Origin: Chiloscyllium plagiosum | Taxonomy: Eukaryota | Assembly (NCBI RefSeq): GCF_004010195.1 | Contig: NC_057751.1 | Location: 13,404,711 to 13,468,710, forward strand | DNA length: 64,000 nt | Direction: 5' to 3' | Shown: piece by piece, positions 40,746 through 51,258 of the stretch | How positions within the stretch are numbered: position 1 is the first letter of the stretch | Layout of the letters: each line of letters begins with the position of its first letter | The notes under the pieces: generated by a model | Seen by the model: the letters and a program-made list of their open reading frames with translations, nothing else | Database searches by the model: none | Told to the model about the DNA's origin: nothing | Position numbers and translations under genes: made by a program

Positions 40746-41867
40746 TTACAGATTTTCTCATCTTACATCTAACAGGTTTGAGATGTGGACCAATGTGGAA
40801 GAGAGTGAGGTCCGTAGAGAAGATGCAAAAACTGACCATTGCACGTTGGTACGTGTGTGTGTGTGGAATGAACTGCCAAAGTAAATGATGGATGCAGGTA
40901 CAGTTACAATGCTTAAAAGACATTTGGATAAGTACATGAATAGGATAGCTTTGGGCCTTATATGGGCCTAACACAGGCAGGTGGGTCTAGTTTAGTTTGG
41001 GAAAATAGTCGGCATGGACTGTTTGGCCCGACAGGTTTGTTTCCATGCTGGATGACTCAACAACTCTTAATCATTTGGCAAAACAGGGCTACACACACAA
41101 TTCTGAAGGAAATAGTGTTGAACATTGTAGAGGCATTGCTGGTGATTTTTCAGGAGTCTCTGGAATCCATAAGGGTCCCAGAGGACTGAAAAACGACTCA
41201 TATTTAAGAATTGAGAGAGGCAGAAGACAGGAGACTATAGGCCAATAAGGCTGACCTTGGTCATGGGTAAGACTTTCGAGTCCATTATTAAGGATGAGAT
41301 TGTGCAGTATTTGGAAATGCATGCTAACATAGGGCTGAGTCAGCATGACTTTGTCAAGGTGAGGTCATGCCTGATGAATCTGTTAGAATTCTTTGGTAAC
41401 ATAATGAGCTAGTTAGACAAGGAACAGCCCATGGACATGATCCATTTGGATTTCCAGAAGGTCTTTGACAAGGTGATGCACAGGAGGCTGCTAAATTCCA
41501 TAAAAGCCCCTTGATGATAGGTGCAATGTACTGGCATTGATAGAGGGTTGGCTGACTGGCAGAAGAGGTCTTGGTCAGATTGGTAGCCAGTGACGAGTGG
41601 AGTTCCACATGGGTCAGTGTTGGGACCACAACTATTTGCATTATACATAAACGATCTGGATGAAGGAACTGAGGGCATTGTTGATAAATTTGCAGGTGAC
41701 ACAAAGACAGGTGGAGGGATACATGGTGCTGAGGAAGTGGGGAGACTGCAAAAGGACGTGGGCGGGCTAGGACAGTGGGCAAAGAAGTGGCAGATGAAAT
41801 ACAAAGTGGGGACGTGTGAAGTTATGCACTTTCATAGGAAGAATAGATAAGTGGACTATTTTCAAAA

Positions 41868-43301
41868 TGGGTGGCACTGGAAAAGTACAGCAGGTCAGGC
41901 AGCATCCGAGGAGCTGGTGTTATGGACCAGGCCAGACACCCTCAAAACACTTCAAGGAAGTAGACCAGATCCTAACTTTGCTAGTTGTTTTAAGTAGATG
42001 GGAAAGATGCAGCATGTCAAACCACTTAGTTTTAAACAAAACAGAATTTATTTACAAGACTACCGAATGAAACACAAACAAAAGAGAACAGAATGCTGAA
42101 TAACTTAATCTATCTGAAAACCTAACAGATCATCCCAACTTAATGATGCTGTTCCAAATACTTGCAAAAATTCCCATAAACAACCCTTGGCACAAAAGGT
42201 AAAATCAAACACAGGATCATACAGGAGACATATCACAGAGAGAGGAGGATCAGCATTGACCTGTTTCTTTGGGGTCCTGCAGCTTTTACAACTGCTTAAC
42301 TGCTTTCAGTGAATAGCCAGAGTGCCAAAAATCAAATCAAACCAGAGAAAAGCTGAGCTGGAAGAACTGGTGTGTGTTATAAACTTGAAAGCCTTTTTCC
42401 CTGAGGCAGTATCTGTTAGCTACAATCAAATTGGTCCTAAAACCCTTCAACTTAGACTTTTTGGAGTCTGTGTCTTTTACGACCTTTCTGAAAAAAAAAC
42501 CAAGGACAACATACCCTTGTTAAAGGAGCAGCATCATCGCACAGGAGAGTTGATATTTCGGGCATAAACCCTTCATCAGGAATGTGGAGGGGGAAAGAGG
42601 ATTAGAGATAAATAGCGGGTGGAGATGGAGGTGGGGCGGGGGGTAAGGTAGGTGATAAGGTGGATGCAGGTGGTTAGGTCAGTGGGGAGGGTGGAGCGGA
42701 TAGGTGGGAAGGAAGATCAACATGTAGGACAGGTCAACAGGGTGGTGCCGAGTTGGAGGTTGGATCTGGGATGAAGTTGGGGGAGGGAAACTGATGCTGA
42801 TGCCGTGTGTTTGAAGGGTCACAAGGTGGAAGCTGACACGTTGTTCTTCCGGTTGGCGAGTGGATTTGATTTGGTGGTGGAGGCGGCCCAGGACTTGCAT
42901 ATCCTTGGGGGCATTTAAATCGTCGGTCACAGAGCAGTGGGGTTATTTAGTGTGTGTGCATCCCAGAGATGTTCCCTGAAACGCTCTGCGGTTTGGCATC
43001 CTGTCTCCCCGATGTACAGGAGACCACATCGAGAGCAACGGATGCCCTAGGTGAGGTGGGTGGATGTGCAGGACAATCTCTGCCGGATGCGAAAAGATCC
43101 ATTGGGGCCCTGGATGAAGGTGAGGGGGGAGGTGTGGGCAACCTATTTTTACGCAACCTGTGCTGTGTGTGGGGGGGTGGGATGATAGGGGGCCCAAATT
43201 GACAACTATCCTGCTCCTCAGATGCTGCCTGACCTGCTGTGCTTTTCCAGCACCGTCCTTTTTGACTCTGACTCTCCAGAATCTGCAGTCCTCACTTTCT
43301 C
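41868..43301 (-). mobile_element. Penelope-like element (family A): inverted terminal repeat, GIY-YIG 3' region, direct terminal repeat
   Basis: TSD CTATTTTC(A/C)AAA at 41856-41867 and 43302-43313; minus strand encodes C..CGLLYIGETGCQTAERFREHL (GIY-YIG) around 42960-43045. Confidence 0.85.
41918..42541 (-). mobile_element. Solo LTR nested in the PLE
   Basis: Same family as 5938-6537; C(T/A)GG 4-bp TSD at 41914-41917 and 42542-42545. Confidence 0.85.
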
Positions 43302-43711
43302 CTATTTTCCAAACAGGAAAAGGTTTCAGAAATCTGAAGTGCGATGGGACATTGGGAGTGCTAGTTCAGGTTTCTATTAAGGTTAACAATTAGGTACTTT
43401 TAGTAGTTAGGAAGGCAAATGCAATGTTAGCATTCATTTGAAGAGACACAAAATGTAAGAGCAGAAATGTACTGCTGAGGTTGTATAAGGCTCCAGTCAG
43501 ACTGCACTTGGAATATTGTGAGCTATTTCAGGCCCCATATCTAAGGAAGGATGTGCTGGCTTTACAGGGGGGATGGGGGGAGGGGTGGGGAGGCGTCGCC
43601 ATAGGAGGTTCACAAGAATGATGCTGGGGATGAAGGACTTGTCACATGAGAAGCGGTTGAGGACTCTAGGTCCATACTCAATGAGTTTCAAAGGACGAAT
43701 CACCGAATTAT

Positions 43712-44014
43712 AGAACAGAATCCCTTCAGTGAGGAAGCAGGTAATTCAGCTCATCGAGTTCACACTAACGCTCCTAAGAGCATCCCACCCAGACTCAACC
43801 CCTACCCTATCTCTGTATTCCCCCTGGCGAATCCACCTCGCCTGCAAATTATGGGCAATTTAGCATAGTCAAACCACCTAACCTGCACATCTTTGTACTG
43901 TAGGAGGAAGCCACAGCACCTGGAGGAAACCCACACAGGCACAAGGAGACTGAATCGAACCTGGGTCCCTGGCGCTGTGAGGCAGCAGTGCTAACCAGTG
44001 AGCCACTGTGCCGC
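43712..44014 (-). mobile_element. HE1-like SINE nested in CR1
   Basis: GCGGCACAGTGGCTCACTGGTTAGCACTGCTGCCTCACAGCGCCAGGGACCCAGGTTCG on the minus strand. Confidence 0.88.
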
Positions 44015-44349
44015 AATGAGGGGTGATCTGTTTGAAATTTACAGAATAGATGTCTGGATACAGTGGACATGGAGATGTTTCCACTGATAGAAGACACGAG
44101 TACCCAGGTTGCACAGTCTCAGAGTGAAAGGATGACCCTTTAAAATTGAGATGAAAAGGAATTCTTTCAGATAAGTGGTGGTTGATCTTTGGACCTCATT
44201 GCCGCAGAGGGCTGTGGAGGCCCAGTGATTGAGAGCATTTAAGACAAAGTGAGATAAATCCTTGATTGGGAATGGATCAAGGGTTCTAGGGAGAAGGCAG
44301 GAAAATAGGGTTGAGAGACATGTTAGCCATGATCAAAAGGCAGAACAGA

Positions 44350-46410
44350 TACTTCGTTATTTTCTATAACTCCTTCAGAATCTGCAAATTTGTAATCCAT
44401 ACCAAGCATGGCTGAAGAGGTCACCCATTCAGTCTGGTTCCCATTCTGTCAACTTGTTGTTTTTCAATCCTTATCAATAATCTTCCCAGGGTTTCTCTAT
44501 TCTTTAAGCTCCTATCTCTTATGTCTCATGAATTGAGACTGGTTTCCGACAACCTCTTATATTTTAAGGCTAGCCAAATTCTTTGGTGAACTTGGCTTTA
44601 AATAAAGCTTTTCTGCCGAGATGTAATTCAATTCAAATGCTGCAAACAAGTTGAACTAACGATAGCTGCTTCCTGAGCTGAGAGCTGATCATTTCTTTGT
44701 GATGAGACCTTCGGATACTACCAAGAACTAATTGATGTGGAATATATCATACAATTATCTGCAACAAATTCTTAACATGAACAATCCATACAAATGTAGA
44801 AGACAATTCACAATTGGGCTGATCTGCCAACATTTGATGAACCATTCTATTTGTTACTGCATTAATTCCTTATACAACTACTATTGCTAAAAGTTCATAT
44901 TCTTGCACGTACCTCTAAATTAATCATTAACAAATTCTTCACCATGAACTATGAGAAATGCTATCAAACATTTAAACTTGAACCCTGTCCAATGTCCCAT
45001 TACCTTGTCTGCAATTATTTTGTCTCTAGTATGTATTACTATTGACTAACAAAATCCAGCTGCCCAATCTACAAAAAGGAAAAGTGTTTTTTTTCCCTTT
45101 ATCCCAGGTTTTTAAATCCACAACGCACAAAAACAGAAATTGCTGGAAAAACTCAGCAGATCTGGCAGCATCTGTGGAGAGAAAACAGAGTTAACAGATC
45201 TTGTTTTATTTCCTAAAATCCATTGCCACCATCTCATTGAAATCTCTTGCTGAGAACAGACAATGATGGTGGCCTTAATTCCTATAAGTCTGATATTTAT
45301 CATTTATATCTCTTCTATGAGCTTATTGTACGATGCAACTATTATTCCTGCAGGTTAGAGTGGTGCTGGAAAAGCACAGTCGGTCAGGTAGCATCCGAGG
45401 AGCAGGAAAATCGACGTTTCGGGCAAAAGCCCTTCATCAGGACTGAAGCCTGGGAGGCTCCCTGCCTTCAGTCCTGATGAAGGGCTTTTGCCCAAAACAT
45501 TGATTTTCCTGCTCCTCGGATGCTGCCTGACCTGCTGTGCTTTTCCAGCACCACTCTAATCTAGACTCTGATTTCCAGCATCTGCAGTCCTCACTTTTGC
45601 CTCTTATTCCTGCATATTTTATTTTAAAAATTAACTTTCTCGATGATGAGTGGATAAATTGCCGATACAACTTTTATACAATTGACTTTGTCTTCTAAAC
45701 TTTACCCACTGATTCAATAACACCTCTTCAATTCCTTCTTTTGGAGAGGTTATGTTGAATTAAAGGAGTACCATTATGTCTTGATTCACAGTTTCCAAAC
45801 ACAACATCTTTATTGGTTTCCACATCTATTTCATCCATGCTTTCTTCATTTCTGGCTTGCTTAATGCCCAAGTTATTTCAATGGACACTACATTCAGACA
45901 AATAAAATGATTGATTCTGTCTATTTTTTGAGGAACGACTGCTCCTCAAATATTTTTATATGTTATCATCTCCTACTCTGAAACTAATGTAAGTCTCAAA
46001 TTCCTAAAACTTTGTCCCAAACTTTATTTATGAGAGCATGTAGCTGGCATTTTAGCCAGTCTATTCTGCACACTGTGAATGTGCATCCACTGTCTAGTAC
46101 AGCACAATTGAGACTGCTACCAACACATTCAACAATGGGATGAAACTTTTGATCAGTATAACGCCCTCTCTTTGTTCTGTGTATCTTCTTCTTCTAAATT
46201 TTTCATTCCATGTTTAGTTTTGAAAATTCTATTATACCATTTGGGACTGTTCATGGCATAATGGTATTTTGAATCCACCTGAAACATTCATTGATGACAC
46301 TTTGATATTTCTGGGGTTAATTCTTTTGTTGTATGTCCCCAATTCTCTTCACTTCTCAAAGTTATCTAAAGCATTTTTGATCCTCAGTTCTTTTAGCTAT
46401 AGTTCACCTT
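44350..46410 (-). mobile_element. Decayed Ty1/Copia-type polyprotein remnant (gag knuckle, protease, integrase)
   Basis: NCAVLDSGCTFTVCRIDWL (DSG at 46094-46086); LYRQFIHSS; RFNEMVAMDF; FLIVHGEEFVND*FRGTCKNMN; WIVHVKNLL..PHQLVLG; protease directly followed by integrase. Confidence 0.7.
45353..45603. mobile_element. Fold-back Penelope terminal-repeat insertion (family A), 11-bp TSD
   Basis: About 102-bp arms centred on 45457; TSD TTATTCCTGCA at 45342-45352 and 45604-45614; intact hammerhead core on the minus strand at 45413-45440. Confidence 0.9.
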
Positions 46411-46431
46411 TCAGTGTGTGATCAACATATA

Positions 46432-47015
46432 CAGAGGAACCTCAATTATCTGAACAAGATTGGTGGGCAGTATTTCGTTCAGATAATTGACTATTTGATT
46501 AATTACTTCAATGCTTCTCCTCTGGGGCTCGGAGTTTTCTGAAGTTTCCTTTTTCCTCGCTCTGCCTGCCTTGCTCCCTCTCTCTGTCTCAGGATTTATT
46601 TCCGAGCAGACACACACTTGTGTACAAGGGGCCTGCAGCATTGCTGAAGCCTCCCGTGTTCTCCACCCGTGCACTTCCCCACCCGCCCCCATCAGTTCAA
46701 TGGGATTGACACAGCGAGCATTTGTTAACTCCGCTCCTTGTTCAGGAGACTGGGCAGCAGCACACCACACGCGAGACCCCACCCCTGCCTGCCCCCACCT
46801 CCGCCCATTAACCCCGTCCAACCCTGTCCATTCCCACCTCCGCTCCCGGTCCACACCCCAGCCCCCCGCGTCCGACGAGGCTGCCCCACCACCCTCGCGT
46901 GACCCAACCCCCTGTCAGACCCTCACGCCCCCAACTGGGGTAGCTGGACTAGACACAAACAGCAAGACTGCTGCTGCCTTTGCGGGATGAGTCTCAAAAT
47001 AGCGCACACACACTG
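46432..47015 (+). mobile_element. Tigger/pogo-like DNA transposon end with GC-rich interior, one end only
   Basis: TA followed by CAGAGGAACCTCAATTATCTGAAC, with internal inverted GTTCAGATAATTGA; second TIR not found. Confidence 0.55.
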
Positions 47016-48160
47016 AAAGAAAATAGAGTGTACATTAAAATTTCACAATAATTCTAGCCTTTATATCTACACAAGAAAGCAGAAGGTCACCAAGTGACAT
47101 AACTGAAACATTAAGATAAAGTATGCATTGTTTCAACAAAGTTTGCAGATGAACATTAACCAAGCATTGTGTGAAAATGAAAAATGTGGGAGTTCATTGT
47201 GTAAAACAACAGACAGCAGTCTTTGTTTTAAACTATTTTCCAAATACTGGCTAAGTCTAGTTGGAAGTTCTTCAATCTAACATGCCACAATTGCACCAAT
47301 ATTCATATCAATTTCTTCAGCAATTAAAAATAAAGTTAATATAACTCAGCAGAAATAATTGTGCAAGTGTAGAAACTTACATCAGGAATTCCCAATGCAT
47401 GTTATATATAGCAAAATTCTCTCAATCTCGCAGCACATAACATCAATACACATAAACTTAGAGCCAATACAGACAGCTCCATTGGATGTTTTGGATGTTA
47501 TTTAAGCCAGCGTTAGCACTTTAGGAGAAAGTAGGAAGATCCTCAGAAGGAACACGAGTGTAGTACATTTTGAATAGGTATTGTGATGAACATTCATGTT
47601 TCATTATTATTGTTATTATTATGATTTGAAAACTTCAGGTCTGAAGTAGACAGAACCATATATATTGTTATGGGCCAGGCCAGACCCCCTCAAAATATTC
47701 CAAGAAGGTAGCCTAGACCCTACCTTCTTTTTAACTTTAAAAGCAGATATGAAGTGGATATTCCAGGTGTAATGCAGCTGGTCAAACCACTTGACTTTAA
47801 GCAAAAAAGAACTTATTTGAACACCACAGTTGAAACACAAACCAAAAGAAAATGGAATCTAGAACAACAATTCTTGGAAAACTTAACTGACCTGACATAG
47901 CAACTTAACTAAGGAACTGTTTGAATCCCATATCCCATACACACTCTCTTTGGCAAAAAGTAAATTCAAACATAGGTTCTTATAGGGAGGAGAGATTTCA
48001 GAGAGAAAAATCAGAGAAGAATCATCTGTTGAAGCTTGGAGCCTTTCTTTGGTCTGCAGCAGCTTCTCTGCTACAGCTAAACCAGCAGTTTCTCACTGAA
48101 ACCAAACTACAAAAAATCCTGAACTGGGAGAACTGACACTTCCCTGCCATTGTTAAAGTA

Positions 48161-49875
48161 AAACTCACACAACATGTGGTTATAGTCCAACAGGTTTATT
48201 TTGAAAGTACGAGATTTCGAAGCACTCCTTCTTCATCAGGTAGCTAGTGGGGCAGGTTCATAGGACGCAGAATTTATAGTAAAAGATCAGTCTCGTACAA
48301 CTGATGTGATGTATTAAACAAACTTACATACTCTTACACATGATCATACTTGCACACTCATGCGGTCAGTCTCTCATACACGTGCTCTTCTCTCTCACAC
48401 ACACACACATGCTCTCTCCCTCTCTCATAGACACATAGATACTCTCTCTCTCTTCCTCCCCCTCACACACGTGCACACACACACAAATATAAGACTACGA
48501 GGTGAATTTGCATTTGCAGACTTATATTTGCCAGATACATTCTCTTTTGTTCAACATGCACACAATCTGTAGGCAGTCAGTCCATGTGATATGTTTTTAA
48601 ATTCCTACTTTGGAAATAGACAGAACCATATATATTGTTATGGGCCAGGCCAGACCTTAACTATTTTTATTTAGAAGGTAAATGTGAAGTGAATATTCCA
48701 GGTGTGAAGGAGCAACACTTTGAAAGCTTGTACTTTCAAGATAAACCTGCTGGACTATGACCTTGTGTTGTGTGATTTTTACTTTAACAATGGTAGCTAA
48801 TCACACCACTTGGCTTTAAGCAAAACAGGGTTTACTTAAACATTACAGTTGAAATACAGACAGACTGTAACCTTTAATGCATTGTCTGAGCTGAGATGTC
48901 ACCTTTCTTTAAACTGATAAAACTTTAAAAGGTCTCCGGGCTGTGACTTGGAAGAAGTTCTGGGATTTAGGTATTAATCAATCAAAACCTGCATCCCCTT
49001 TCTAAGTGATTAACGATTTAACAGCAATCAAGGTTTGTTCAATACATCACATCAGGACTTATACACTTAATGGTAAGGTCCGAGGAGTGTTGCTGAACAA
49101 AGAGAGCTTGAAGTGCAGGTTCAAAGCTCCTTGAAAGTGGAGTCACAGGTAGATAGGATAGTGAAGAAGGCGTTTGGTATGCTTTCCTTTATTAGTCAGA
49201 ATATTGAGTACAAGAGTTGGAAGGTCATACTGTGGCTGTACAGGACATTGGTTCGGCCACTGTTGGAATATTGCGTGCAATTCTGGTCTTCCTATTGGAA
49301 AGATGTTGTGAAACTTGAAAGGATGCAGAAAAGATTAAAAGGATGTTGCCAGGGTTGGAGGATTTGAGCTACAGGGAGAGGCTGGCAGGCTGGGGCTGTT
49401 TTCCCTGGAACGTCAGAGGCTGAGGGGTGACATTATAGAGGTTTATAAAATTATGAGGGACATGGATAAGGTAAATAGGAAAAGCCTTTTCCCTGGGGCT
49501 GGGGAGTCCAGAGCTAGAGGGCATAGGTTTAGGGTATATGAATAGGCATTTGGATGGGTATATGAATAGGAAGGGTTTGGAGGGATATGGGCCGGGTGCT
49601 GGCAGGTGGGACTAGATTGGGTTGGGATATCTGGTCGGCATGGATGGGGTTGGACAAAAGGGTCTGTTTCCCTGCTGTGCATTTCTATGATCTTTTGAGC
49701 TGTATGACACTCTGATCTTTTACTATACATTTTGTGTCGAATGATCCTGTCCCACTAGTTACCTGATGAAGGAGCAGTGCTCTGAAAGCATGTACTTTCA
49801 AATAAACCTGTTGGACTATAACCTAGTGTTCTGTGATTTTTAACTTTGTCCAGCCCAGTCCAACACCGGCACCTT
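48161..49875. mobile_element. Penelope-like insertion (family B relative) with inverted terminal repeats and nested CR1 and LTR pieces
   Basis: TSD CATTGTTAAAGTA at 48148-48160 and 49876-49888; 48161-48345 is inverted relative to 49700-49845. Confidence 0.8.
49055..49692 (+). mobile_element. CR1 LINE 3' part nested in the PLE
   Basis: LYRTLVRPLLEYCVQFWS; 3' UTR. Confidence 0.9.
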
Positions 49876-50898
49876 CATTGTTAAAGTAGACATTTCAGCA
49901 CCTCTGCCTTCATGACCTCTCTTGAAAAATACCCAAGGACAAAATGACTCTTTTAACATGACAGCATCGTCACAATAGCTTAAGTTTGATTTGTAATTCC
50001 TTATTGTTTATGTTCAGAAGGATGAAAATATAGTTTCATTACATTTTAGATTTTGAGATCCGTGAGAAGCACTGCAGCTTGTTTACATGCATTTGATTGA
50101 CGACTTTTTTAGAAAATCCTTTCGGTGAATAGATTAGTATTTCAGAAAACAAGGGTAGAAGAATTAACAAAATAGGCTATTACATTGCAACAACGTGCCC
50201 TATGATTAAAGGGAGGTAGAGACAGAAACAAGTCTCCTTTCAGTAATAAAGAAAGACCCATCAAGTAGGCTAGTGAGTGGGCAAGTTTCTCTCAGAGAGA
50301 GGAGCAGGTAAGACAGGAAAACCATGTAACAGTGGCAGGGCAGTGTAGCAGTCTCCAACATGATCAGAGCTCAATAAACTGAGACTGCAGTAACCATGGT
50401 GACAACCTCGGATCAGGTTGACATTGTGGCCTCCACTGTTGGTCTTGTCTACTAGGTCTCCACCACACATCCAACTTAACATCCAGGGCAAATGTCAGGA
50501 ATCATGCAGGGCAGCTGAAGACTGATGGAGCTTCTCTGGGCACACAACGGGTACTAAAGTTGGTGCAAAGGCAAGGGATGCTGGTGTGTTCTCAGACATC
50601 GTCTGAGTGGAGGGTTGATCTGGGAACAGCTTATGGTAAGACGAGGCCGGAATCAGATAGAAGGATGCCAAGGGGCAGAGCAAATAGTTAATGAGTCTTT
50701 TGAAAGAAACCACACTGGGCTTCAGGGCAGAATTCTCTCCAAAAAAGCTCAGTGAAACTCAGATATATTTAAAAGAAATATAAGAACGTGCAGTAAGTAT
50801 CAGTACTGTCACCTGTCTATGGGGAATAATTAAGAGGTTCTCTGGACTTTATCAAATCAAAAAGAAATCTGGGCTGACATGACACCAATTTTTAAAGT

Positions 50899-51205
50899 TC
50901 ACTTGAGAATGTAACTTTTAAAAAAGTTCTGGGATTTACATATGAAAGGACTGAAACCAACATGGTCATTCTAAAAGTTGAGAGACTTAACAACAATCCA
51001 GGTCTTTTTCAATGTATAATTTCAGTTACATCACACTGCAAACGTTTGCTATAAATTCTGTGTCTTAGGATCTTATACTCCACAACCACCTGATGAAGGA
51101 GCAGCGCTCCGAAAGCTAGTACTTCCAAATGAACCCATTGGACTATAACCTGGTGTTGTGTGATTTTTAACTTTGTACACCCCATTCCGGCATCTCCAAA
51201 TCGTG
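50899..51205 (+). mobile_element. About 305-bp non-autonomous Penelope-derived element (family B) with hammerhead motif
   Basis: Homologous to 52805-53080, 54476-55040 and 58713-59047; CAC-CTGATGA-A-GGAGC/AGC/GCTCC-GAAA-GC-TA-GT at 51087-51120. Confidence 0.82.
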
Positions 51206-51258
51206 AATTATGTAATACATTCTACAGATACAAGAAAAAATTCAGCAAGTGTGCCTTG

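Larger units (their letters stand above)
41090..44350 (+). mobile_element. CR1 LINE RT to 3' end, carrying nested PLE, LTR and SINE insertions
   Basis: GVPHGSVLGPQLFALYINDLD..KFAGDTK; continues at 43314-43700 and 44015-44350. Confidence 0.88.
47666..49974 (-). mobile_element. Solo LTR split by a 1.7-kb PLE insertion
   Basis: TGTTATGG...CGTCACA; ATAT/ATAG flanks; related to 5938-6537. Confidence 0.8.

Noticed and set aside
42585..42790. G-rich tract with G-quadruplex potential
   Set aside because: Internal part of the PLE; no evidence for a separate role.
46411..46990. 159-aa and 147-aa ORFs in a GC-rich patch (possible CpG-island gene)
   Set aside because: They start immediately inside a TA-CAG transposon-like end; low-complexity Pro/Gly-rich translation with no recognisable domain.
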